Below are positions 1-13,379 of a stretch of DNA of 64,000 nucleotides, piece after piece; positions within the stretch are counted from its first letter, which is position 1; each line of letters starts with the position of its first letter. Below the pieces are notes generated by a model, which saw only the letters and a program-made list of their open reading frames with translations, ran no database searches and was not told the origin of the DNA. Source of the DNA: Eledone cirrhosa (Eukaryota); assembly GCA_964016885.1 (NCBI GenBank), contig OZ024743.1:283898001-283962000 (forward strand). The letters run 5' to 3'. Made by a program: the position numbers and the translations under genes.

Positions 1-92
1 ATAATTTCTAATTTCAAACTCGCGCACCGTTTCAAAAACATACTTACATGTTTACGTTTATAATTTGCTTGTTTATATATATATATATATAT

Positions 93-3000
93 TTTCTGGG
101 TGGGAAACGACGATGGGCTGGGTGGCGTAGGAATCATGGTAGCAGAAAAGTGGGCAGATAAGATAATAGACGTAAATAGAGTGAACGACAGAATAATTAA
201 AATAAGACTTGTCTTCAATAGAACTACGGTGACAGTAATATCTGCGTACGCACCCCAATCCGGACTGCCCGGCACTATCAAAGACAGATTCTATGAGACA
301 CTGATGCTCACTACCTCCCAAATAACCGACAGTGACTATATAATTATTGCAGGCGACCTAAATGGTCACGTTGGACAACATTGTGACGGCTACGACGAAA
401 TCCATGGAGGCTATGGGTTTGGTACTAGAAATGAGGAAGGCTCCAGAATCCTGGAATTCTGTGACGCAAATAACCTAACTATCTGTAACACTAACTTCAA
501 AAAACGTGACAATCACCTGATCACCTATAGATCCGGGGAACACACAAGCCAGGTAGATTATATCCTTACCAGAAGACGTGACAGAGTATCTGTTGTAAAC
601 ACTAAATCCCTCCCCCATGAAGAATGCACCTCCCAACATAGACTGATAATTAGCGACCTCATAGTTATGACGAGACGTACTCGACAGCAGAAGAGGACTA
701 TCCTCAGGAGAAAAATATGGAAGCTAAAGGACCCCACAGCCAGAAATAAATTTCAAAGCATATTACTTGATGCTTTCGACAGTAAGGAAGAGCATTTAGA
801 GTCGGACAATATAGAGGGACAGTGGGAATTTCTGAAAGCAAACCTGCTGATGGCGACAGACGAAGTCTGTGGCTGGAGCAGGCCTGTTGGCAGGAGGAGA
901 GTAACATGGTGGTGGAACAGTAAGGTGGAGGGGTCAATTAAGGCCAAAAAGCAGGCTTGGAAAGTATGGCGGGATGGGGGAAGTAGAGAAGACTATCAAG
1001 TGGCCAGGAGGGAAGCTAGGAGACAAGTGTACTTCGCAAGAAGGGAAGCAGAGGAAAGAAAGTTCAAGCATGTTCTACAACGCGAGGACCAAAAACGTGA
1101 GGTGTTCAGGATTGCTAGGCAATGTGTCAAGGAAAACCGTGATATTGTCGGGGAGAAGTGTGTACTTAATGATGACGGCGTACTTGCCATCACCGACGCT
1201 GATAAGAAGGTAGCTTGGAAGTGTCACTATGAAAGGCTACTAAATGAGGAGAATAAATGGGAGAAAGACAGTCTCCCCCACATCAACCCAATAGAGGGAC
1301 CAGCAGTGTTAGTCGAGGGTAGTATAATAAGTAAGGCAATCAAGGATATGAAGACGGGTAAGGCGGCTGGGCCTTCGGAAATAGTTGCTGAGATGCTGAA
1401 GGCATCTGGCACGGTGGGACACACCATGGTCACCCGGATAGTTAACCAAGTCGTACAGAATGGGGTTGTTCCGAAGGACTGGCATAGCAGCATCATCGTT
1501 AATTGTTATAAGGGTAAAGGAGATGCCCTAGATAGGAGTAACTATAGAGGCATTAAATTAATCGACCAGGTCATGAAGGTCATGGAAAAAGTAATAGCGC
1601 AACTAATCAGAGAGAGAATTGACCTAGATGAAATGCAGTTCGGGTTTGTGTCAGGCAAAAGTACCACAGACGCTCTTTTCATTGTACGTCAACTACAGGA
1701 GAAGTACCTAGCTAAAGGTAAACCCCTCTACTTAGCTTTTGTCGACTTGGAGAAAGCCTTCGACAGAGTCCCCCGCTCCATTATCTGGTGGGCCCTTAGA
1801 AAACTAGGTGTCGACGAATGGCTTGTGAGAGCTATACAAGCCATGTATAAAGAAACAGTCAGCAAGGTTAGAATTAACAACGAATATAGTGAAGAGTTTA
1901 GCGTAAAAGTTGGCGTCCATCAGGGCTCTGTTCTCAGCCCCCTACTATTTATTATTGCCCTCCAGGCTATAACAGAGGAGTTCAAGACCAGCTGCCCGTG
2001 GGAACTCCTATACGCAGACGACCTGACACTCATAGCTGAATCAATGGCTGAGCTAGAGAAGAAATTCCAAACATGGAAGCACGGCCTAGAATCAAAAGGC
2101 CTTAAAATTAACCTGGCTAAGACTAAAGTTCTAGTTTGTAGGAAAGAAAATAAGGCGCCGGTCCCTTCCGGGAAATGGCCATGCTTAGTGTGTAGGAAAG
2201 GCGTAGGTAGAAACTCCATTTTATGTCCCAAATGCAAAGTATTGGTGCATAAAAGATGTAGTGGGATCACAGGTAAGCTAACTAAGAACATAGATTTTAC
2301 ATGTGGGCGGTGCTCTGGTGCAATAAGTAGCAGCAAGTGCCCACAAAATACTAGCTCTTACAACTGCGCAGAGGGCTCTATAGAAATAGTGGACAGCTTC
2401 CGTTACCTGGGTGACAAAATCAGCAGTGGGGGAGGGTGCTCTGAAAGTACAGTAGCTAGAGTCAGAACTGGATGGAAAAAGTTCAGAGAGCTTATACCAC
2501 TATTAGCCGCTAAAGGGTTCTCCCTAAAAATGAAAGGCAGGTTGTATGATGCCTGCATACGAACAGCAATGTTGCATGGCAGTGAGACATGGGCATTGTG
2601 TGCAGAGGATATACGCAGACTAGAGAGGAACGAAGCTTGCATGCTCCGCTGGATGTGTAATAGTAATATACGTGAACGGCAAAGCATAAACGAACTAAGG
2701 AAAAAATTAGAAATAAGAGGGATCAGATGTTGTTTACTCGAGAGAAGGCTACGTTGGTATGGACACGTGATGCGCATGAAAGTCGATAGCTGTATAACAA
2801 AGTGCAGGGCAATAAAGATAGACGGTAGCCACGGAATAGGCAGACCTAGAAAATCCTGGGACGAGCTGATAAACTCTGACCTCACACACTTACACCTCTC
2901 CAAGACAATGTCACTGGACCGAGACCTTTGGCGGTACTCAGTAATAGAGAAGACCCGCCTTACCTAAATACATAGTAAAACCTACTACAGCCAGTAGGCA

Positions 3001-3357
3001 TCTCTAACAAAATACACCCCCGTCCCACCACCCCCACCCCATCCACACCACCCCCTCCTATGTAAAGTTATGTTGGTGCCACACCATCCAGGCCGAAACA
3101 AATGAGATCGTGTAGGTGTCACGACAAAAAAACACACAGTCCAGGCTGTAATGTGGCCGTGTAGGCAACACGGTAAAAACCTCCCAGACCCACACTGTAA
3201 ATGTGGTTGGTGTTAGGAAGGGCATCCAACTGTAGAAAACCTGCCAGACAGTCCTATGCGAGCAAGACAATCACTCTTGCCCCAAGTGGGAATACCCCCG
3301 TCCAAACCCATGCAAGCGTGGAACACGGACGTTAAACGTTGATGATGATGATGATGA

Positions 3358-3358
<1 letters not shown>
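93..3358 (+). mobile_element. RTE-clade non-LTR retrotransposon, copy 1 (young, 5'-truncated within the endonuclease)
   Basis: Starts directly after (TA)n at 74-92. One long EN+RT ORF, then a 3'UTR with ~45-bp tandem units, a conserved GGTTGGTGTTAGGAAGGGCATCC core and a (GAT)n tail at 3341-3358, followed by another (TA)n tract. Confidence 0.93.
100..2967 (+). CDS. RTE ORF: APE endonuclease (N-terminally truncated) + reverse transcriptase with an inserted PHD-type finger
   Basis: EN motifs SAYAPQ, GDLNGHVG, VDYIL, SQH. RT motifs NYRGIKL, FVDLEKAFDRV, GVHQGSVLSP, YADD, FRYLG. RTE C-terminus RRLRWYGHVMRM...GRPRKSW. No stops over 955 codons. The listed start is not a true initiator. Confidence 0.93.
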   Translation: MGNDDGLGGVGIMVAEKWADKIIDVNRVNDRIIKIRLVFNRTTVTVISAYAPQSGLPGTIKDRFYETLMLTTSQITDSDYIIIAGDLNGHVGQHCDGYDEIHGGYGFGTRNEEGSRILEFCDANNLTICNTNFKKRDNHLITYRSGEHTSQVDYILTRRRDRVSVVNTKSLPHEECTSQHRLIISDLIVMTRRTRQQKRTILRRKIWKLKDPTARNKFQSILLDAFDSKEEHLESDNIEGQWEFLKANLLMATDEVCGWSRPVGRRRVTWWWNSKVEGSIKAKKQAWKVWRDGGSREDYQVARREARRQVYFARREAEERKFKHVLQREDQKREVFRIARQCVKENRDIVGEKCVLNDDGVLAITDADKKVAWKCHYERLLNEENKWEKDSLPHINPIEGPAVLVEGSIISKAIKDMKTGKAAGPSEIVAEMLKASGTVGHTMVTRIVNQVVQNGVVPKDWHSSIIVNCYKGKGDALDRSNYRGIKLIDQVMKVMEKVIAQLIRERIDLDEMQFGFVSGKSTTDALFIVRQLQEKYLAKGKPLYLAFVDLEKAFDRVPRSIIWWALRKLGVDEWLVRAIQAMYKETVSKVRINNEYSEEFSVKVGVHQGSVLSPLLFIIALQAITEEFKTSCPWELLYADDLTLIAESMAELEKKFQTWKHGLESKGLKINLAKTKVLVCRKENKAPVPSGKWPCLVCRKGVGRNSILCPKCKVLVHKRCSGITGKLTKNIDFTCGRCSGAISSSKCPQNTSSYNCAEGSIEIVDSFRYLGDKISSGGGCSESTVARVRTGWKKFRELIPLLAAKGFSLKMKGRLYDACIRTAMLHGSETWALCAEDIRRLERNEACMLRWMCNSNIRERQSINELRKKLEIRGIRCCLLERRLRWYGHVMRMKVDSCITKCRAIKIDGSHGIGRPRKSWDELINSDLTHLHLSKTMSLDRDLWRYSVIEKTRLT

Positions 3359-3773
<415 letters not shown>

Positions 3774-3862
3774 TAGTAATAATAATAAATTTGAAGACTA
3801 AAATCCAAAGAGGGCTCGATAAGGATAAATATATATCAACTATATAAGAACCATAGAGCAAA

Positions 3863-4807
3863 TATTTATTAAAATAACAGATTAAAGTTTAAGCAAAGAA
3901 TCGCTGCTTTCACCCTTAACAGGATCTTCTGAAACTAAAAAAAATCAATCTGTGAATGGAGAAGTAAATATTTCAAAAAACGTTGCAACCGAAGGAAGAC
4001 AGGAAGACGATACTTTGGTCCGTGGAAACGTTCCCTGGCAAAGAACGGATAAAGACAAAGATAATACGTCATAATTTGAGCGGTGAAAACAAAACCATGT
4101 TTAATGGTATAAATGAAGTCGTAGACTAATATTCTATTAGGTGGCTCGTGGAGACGTTCTCTGGCAATGAAGATAATACGTCATTATGTGGAGCGGTGAG
4201 AACAATTACACGCAAAGACAAAACTACGTATATGTTATAACTGAAGTCGTAGACTAAAATTTTATTAGGAAACCGAATAATTCCCGGCTTCAGAGTTAAG
4301 AATAAAGTAAATAAATTACAGAGGTAATTGAAATTAAATATGTACATGCACGCAACCATATACGTATATACACAAGCATACACAGAAACACCCGACTTCA
4401 GTTATACCATATATGTGGTTTTGTCTTTGCATGTAATTGTTCTCACAGTTCGACATAATGACGTATTATCTTCGTTTTTTCCATTCATTGCCAGAGAACG
4501 TCTCCACGAACCACCTAATAGAATATTAGTCTACGACTTCATTTATACCATAAACGTGGTTTTATCTTTGCGTGTAATTGTTTTCACCGCTCCAAATTCA
4601 GACGTATTATCTTTGTCTTTATTCGTTCTTTGCCAGGGAACATCTTCACGGACCAAAGTATCGTCTTCCTGTCTTCCTTCGGTTGCAACGTTTTTTAAAA
4701 TATTTACTTCTGCGTTCACAGATTGATTTTTTTAGTTTCAGAAGATCCCGTTAAGGGTGAAAGAAGCGATTCTTTGCTTAAACTTTAATCTGTTATTTTA
4801 ATAAATA
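3863..4807. repeat. Diverged inverted repeat (arms 3863-4249 and 4393-4807, 143-bp spacer); probable Penelope-like pLTR fold-back
   Basis: The arms are reverse complements with scattered substitutions and indels. Each arm contains two ~125-bp tandem subunits and a hammerhead-like motif near its outer end. Confidence 0.9.
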
Positions 4808-4831
4808 CATATACATATATATATATATTTA

Positions 4832-5176
4832 CATCATCATCATCATCATCATCATTTTACGTCCGCTTTTCCCTGCTTGCAAAGGTGGGACGGGAACTGA
4901 TTCTGGCTTGATTTCTACAGCTGGATGCCCTTCCTAACACCAACCTCATTTACAGTGAGTGCTGGGTGATTTTTGCCGTGGCACTTCCACGACCACTTTG
5001 CAGTGGAATGATAGGGACTCCAGTCCCTATCATCTCATTTCTACAGCTGAGTAAACTGGAGCAATGTGAAATAAAGTGTCTTGCTCAAGGAAACAACACA
5101 TCACCCTGTCTGAGAATTGAACTCACAACCTTTCAATTGCAAGCCCAATGCTCTAACCACTAAGCCATGTGCCTCC
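4832..5176 (-). mobile_element. tRNA-derived CORE-type SINE with RTE 3' tail
   Basis: On the minus strand: A box TGGCTTAGTGG, B box GAGTTCAATTC, CORE-like CCTTGAGCAAGACACTT...CAGCTGTAGAAATGAG, a 3' end matching the tail of RTE copy 3, and a (GAT)n terminus. Confidence 0.85.
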
Positions 5177-5224
5177 ACATACATACATACATACATACAT
5201 ACATACATACATACATACATACAT

Positions 5225-5830
5225 GGTGGCTGCCAACTCGTTTTCGAGTACGGCCACTACTTTATATCCATGTAGGAGAACCCCTACCGATGCGCTGAAC
5301 GAGTGTGACTTTTTAGTCCAGCCGCGACTTGAAAACTCTGGTACAAACACTACACTTGTGACAATTATTGAGACATAGTGCTGGGCCCATGGTACCATGT
5401 GACAACAAGTGCAGAGAGATCTCCAGATATAAAGCAATGCCTGTGCCGTGAAGCTTTTATAGTGAGCAAAGGCACTGCACAAAGCCAGTCCCACTCTCTT
5501 AACCAAGATGATATTTACCAAAAAGAAGAACAAGTCAACATCATTGGATATCATCAAGGTTGCAGGTGTTATATCAGAGTTTTCCTTCTCCCAGAATTCT
5601 GCCTTGACAAAGACTAAGGGGTCATCTCTCCCGGTGATTTTTGGATGGCCATTGACTCCTAAGAGCTCCTTTGCCCTTTGACAGGTTTTGTTTTTAGTCC
5701 TGTAGGATGTCCAAAGTCACCCTCCTCACAAAGAAACCTTGGTGGGGTTGCCAGTTTAGTCGCCAACGACCCGACCATGAGACAGGTTGTACTGGGATAC
5801 ATGTTACCAGTAGCACCAACTGGTGACCTG
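5225..5830 (-). mobile_element. Probable 5' UTR-type fragment of a LINE between (CATA)n tracts
   Basis: GC-richer block flanked on both sides by (CATA)n. The minus-strand motif CTTTGTCAAGGCAGAATTCTGGGAGAAGGAAAACTC recurs in similar form at ~61257-61291 (+). Family assignment is tentative. Confidence 0.35.
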
Positions 5831-5871
<41 letters not shown>

Positions 5872-5875
<4 letters not shown>

Positions 5876-6367
5876 AAAATGAGGTAAATATCTCATTGAG
5901 TACTAAGTACCCATAGAGATATATAGGGTGTCTATAATATAATTGTTGTTCTATGGTACTAATTCGAGATACCAGAACTATAAAAATTGATGAGCAGAAC
6001 AAACAAACATTAAACAATCCTTTAAATAAATTAAAAAATGATTTAAATATTTACCTGTTCATAATGCTATTTCCCTATTCAGGGAATTTCCAACGGAAAG
6101 TAGATTTCATCAGATAGCTATTTCCTTTCTATAGGACATACGTCCCACGGTCCGCAAATATAATGCCAACTACCAGCTCATATGAGTTATAGCCGTTAAA
6201 GTGACCCACACGTGACCCGGCCGCTAGTGCAAGCGGGAATATTACAGACTTGTTGATGGCTTGGCTGCTAAAAAAATAGCAGTAAGCAACAACAAATTTT
6301 TACTCTACATAGATTGGAGAATGTATAAAAATGAGGTAAATATCTCACTGAGTACTAAGTACCCATA
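5872..6367. repeat. 44-bp direct repeat (5872-5915, 6324-6367) flanking ~410 bp
   Basis: TATAAAAATGAGGTAAATATCTCA(T/C)TGAGTACTAAGTACCCATA twice, one mismatch, each outer side abutting (TA)n. Confidence 0.85.
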
Positions 6368-6389
6368 TATATATATATATAAATAAATG

Positions 6390-6640
6390 AGAAAAAAAAC
6401 TAAGTCAGAATCAAATCTCTGAATTAGAGTTTTAAATTACCAACCTTATAACTATAATTTTGCTGATACGAATCTCGCTTCATTTCACCACTGATATGTG
6501 TAGTATAACAGGTCACAGGATCCTCAGTCAGCAAATGTGGACACTGTTCACGACACATCTAACCTCATGGATAGAGAGAAAGCTAGGTTGGTAATTTAAA
6601 ACTCTAATTCAGAGATTTGATTCTGACTTAGTTTTTTTCT
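6390..6640. repeat. Inverted repeat (arms 6390-6446 and 6585-6640, 138-bp spacer)
   Basis: AGAAAAAAAACTAAGTCAGAATCAAATCTCTGAATTAGAGTTTTAAATTACCAACCT and its reverse complement; they differ only by one base in the A-run. Confidence 0.92.
6459..6535 (-). ncRNA. Type I hammerhead ribozyme-like motif
   Basis: Minus strand reads TTTGCTGA-CTGAGGA-[imperfect stem II]-GAAA-TGAA-GCGAGA-TTCG-TA-TCAGCAAA: 8-bp stem I, CUGANGA and GAAA core, 5-bp stem III, GUA cleavage triplet. The 10.1/11.1 pair is a non-canonical U-U. Confidence 0.7.
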
Positions 6641-6882
6641 ACTTAATTGCTAAACCTGTAGATAATGTTCTCTATACAGTAACGGTAAAACTCACTTGTA
6701 ATAATCCTTTACACACATCTCACTGTGTAACACACTTCTCTTTGTGTAATATATTTGCATTTGAGCTCAGAAGGAAATTCTCTATTCTTCTTTGAGCTAA
6801 TACTATTATTATTATTACAGTGAACTCCGGAATACTCTTAATTCCGATGTTTGTATATATATACACACACACACACACACAC

Positions 6883-7012
6883 AGAAATCAAGCCAGAATC
6901 AGTTCTCGTATGAGCAAGACAAGGTTAGCCAACCGGACACTGCCCACAACGGGACAACCCGTCTAACCCATGCTAGTGTGGAAGAACGGACGTGAAACGG
7001 TGATGATGATGA
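6883..7012 (+). mobile_element. Solo RTE 3' tail (copy-3 subfamily)
   Basis: Near-identical to 12461-12599; follows (CA)n and ends in (GAT)n. Confidence 0.85.
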
Positions 7013-7033
7013 TAGACATGTACATATATATAT

Positions 7034-8898
7034 ACCCCACAGCCAAAAATAAATTCCAAAGCATATTACTTGATGCTTTCGACAGTGAGGAAGAGCAATT
7101 AGAGACGTACAAGGTAGAGGAACAGTGGGAATTCCTGAAAGCAAACCTGCTGACGAAGTCTGTGGCTGGAGCAGGCCTGTAGGCAGGAGGAGAGTAACAT
7201 GGTGGTGGAACAGTAAGGTGGAGGGGTCAATTAAGGCCAAAAAGCAGGCTTGGAAAGTATGGCGGGATGGGGGAAGCAGAGAAGACTATCAAGTGGCCAG
7301 GAGGGAAGCTAGGAGACAAGTGTACTTCACAAGAAGGGAAGCAGAGGAAAGAAAGTTCAAGCATGTTCTACAACGTGAGGACCAAAAACGTGAGGTGTTC
7401 AGGATTGCTAGGCAATGTGTCAAGGAAAACAGTGATATTGTCGGGGAGAAGTGTGTACTTAACGATGACGGCGTACTTGCCATCACCGACGCCGATAAGA
7501 AGGTCGCTTGGAAGTGTCACTATGAAGGGCTACTAAATGAGGAGAATAAATGGGAGAAAGACAGTCTCCCCCATATCGACCCGATAGAGGGACCAGCAGT
7601 GTTAGTCGAGGGTAGTATAATAAGTAAGGCAATCAAAGATATGAAGACAGGCAAGGCGGCTGGGCCTTCGGAAATAGTTGCCGAGATGCTGAAGGCATCT
7701 GGTACGGTGGGACACACCATGGTCACCCGGATAGTCAACCAAGTCATACAGAATGGGGTTGTTCCGAAGGACTGGCGTAGCAGCATTATCGTTAACTGTT
7801 ATAAGGGTAAAGGAGATGCCCTAGATAGGAGTAACTATAGAGGCATTAAATTAATCGACCAGGTCATGAAGGTCACGGAAAAAGTAATAGCGCAACTAAT
7901 CAGAGAGCGAATTGATCTAGATGAAATGCAGTTCGGGTTTGTGTCAGGCAAAAGTACCACAGATGCTCTTTTCATTGTACGACAACTACAGGAGAAGTAC
8001 CTAGCTAAAAGTAAACCCCTATACTTAGCTTTCGTCGACTTGGAGAAGGCCTTCGACAGAGTCCCCCGTTCCATTATCTGGTGGGCTCTTAGAAAACTAG
8101 GTGTTGATGAATGGCTTGTGAGAGCTATACAAGCCATGTATAAAGAAACAGTCAGCAAGGTTAGAATTAACAACGAATATAGTGAAGAGTTTAGTGTAAA
8201 AGTTGGTGTCCATCAGGGCTCTGTTCTTAGCCCCCTACTATTTATTATTGCCCTCCAGGCTATAACAGTGGAGTTCAAGACCGGCTGCCCATGGGAACTC
8301 CTATACGCAGATGATCTAACGCTCATAGCTGAATCAATGGCCGAGCTAGAGAAGAAATTCCAAACATGGAAGCACGGCCTAGAATCAAAAGGCCTTAAAA
8401 TTAACCTGGCTAAGACTAAAGTTCTAGTTTGTAAGAAAGAAAATAAGGTGGCGGTCCCCTCCGGGAAGTGGCCATGCGCAGAGTGTAGGAAAGGCGTAGG
8501 TAGAAATTCCATTTTGTGTCCCAAATGCAAAGTTTGGGTGCATAAAAGATGTAGTGGGATCACAGGTAAGCTAACTAAAAACATAGATTTTACATGTGGC
8601 CGGTGTTCTGGGGCAATAAGTAGCAGCAAGTGCCCACAAAATACTAGCTCTTTCAACTGCGCAGAGGGTTCTATAGAAATAGTGGACAGCTTCCGTTACC
8701 TGGGTGACAAAATCAGCAGTGGGGGAGGGTGCTCTGAAAGTACAGTAGCTAGAGTCAGAACTGGGTGGAAAAAGTTCAGAGAGCTTATACCGCTATTAGC
8801 CGCTAAAGGGTTCTCCCTAAAAATGAAAGGCAGGTTGTATGATGCCTGCATACAAACAGCAATGTTGCATGGCAGTGAGACCTGGGCATTGTGTGCAT
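7034..8898 (+). mobile_element. RTE copy 2, truncated at both ends, frameshifted near 7152
   Basis: Highly similar to copy 1 (732-2603). Starts after a short (TA)n, has an 8-bp deletion near 7152, and keeps the RT and PHD finger in ORF 7125-8978. Homology ends at ETWALCA, where an antisense SINE begins. Confidence 0.92.
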
Positions 8899-9214
8899 TA
8901 TGTCCACTTTTCCCTGCTTGCAAGGGTGGGATGGGAACTGATTCTGGCTTGATTTCTACAGCTGGATGCCCTTCCTAACACCAACCTCATTTACAGTGAG
9001 TGCTGGGTGCTTTTTTTGCCGTGGCACCTGCACGACCACTTTGCAGTGGAATGATAGGGACCCCCTATCATCTCATTTCTACAGCTGAGTAAACTGGAGC
9101 AATGTGAAATAAAGTGTCTTGCTCAAGGAAACAACACATCACCTGGTCTGAGAATTGAACTCACAACCTTTCGATTGCAAGTCCAATGCTCTAACCACTA
9201 AGCTATGTGCCTCC
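8899..9214 (-). mobile_element. CORE-type SINE, copy 2
   Basis: Near-identical to 4856-5176 but lacks the (GAT)n tail. Confidence 0.85.
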
Positions 9215-9227
9215 AACGGAGAGCCTG

Positions 9228-12676
<3,449 letters not shown>

Positions 12677-12989
12677 CAATGTCAATTAGATCCCTAGGGA
12701 TTTTTGTACAAGTTGAAAACATGTTATGTAAACATATATATAAATCTATATATACACATGTATATGCACACATATACACACACTCCCATATATACATATA
12801 TTGAGTGAGTATGAAAGACCAAAGGTCATTATTGAAAGTCTCTGGATTTCACAAAATACATAATATTTTTTATTGGAGAAGGTAAGAAATTTTTCCGCAA
12901 AAATTTGATTGCATTGTTTTGTTTCCATGTATGTATTCTTTGATAATGTCATTTATTCATTATAAAAATTAAATGATAGCATTCTATAT

Positions 12990-13360
12990 GTAGGTGCGCC
13001 CCCTTCATCTCCTGGCAACCAATTTTGTTAGACCCAGTCTGCCAGTTCCTGCTATTCTTGCATTTAATTCAGCTTCCTTCCTGCCATCACTTGTGAAAAT
13101 GGCCACAAGATACTTGAACTTTTCTACCTGCTTTATGGAACTCCATTCACATGAGAGTATACTGCACAAGCTTCTTTGAGAGAACGAGTGTCTCAATCTT
13201 CACAGCATTGATTTTCATTCCTGTTGTGCAGCATTCAGCAGCAAACCTATCCAATGCATATTAGAGATCACTTTCCAATGAGTTAAGTAGTACCATGTCA
13301 TTTACAAATTCCAGCTAACTGATCCTACACCCACTGATCTTGGTACCACTTCCAGCCAGA
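12990..13360 (-). mobile_element. Decayed Rex3/Expander-like RTE fragment (late RT region)
   Basis: KQVEKFKYL..FTSDGRKEAELNARIAG on the minus strand; homologous to 39430-39680. Confidence 0.7.
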
Positions 13361-13379
13361 CTGCTGAAGGGTCCAGAAG

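Noticed and set aside
100-2967. Copy 1 as an autonomous full-length active LINE
   Set aside because: It lacks the 5'UTR and the first endonuclease motifs; the ORF starts at the truncation point.
5105-5176. tRNA-like sequence with A and B boxes
   Set aside because: SINE head: no complete cloverleaf, and it continues into the CORE domain and LINE tail in three copies.
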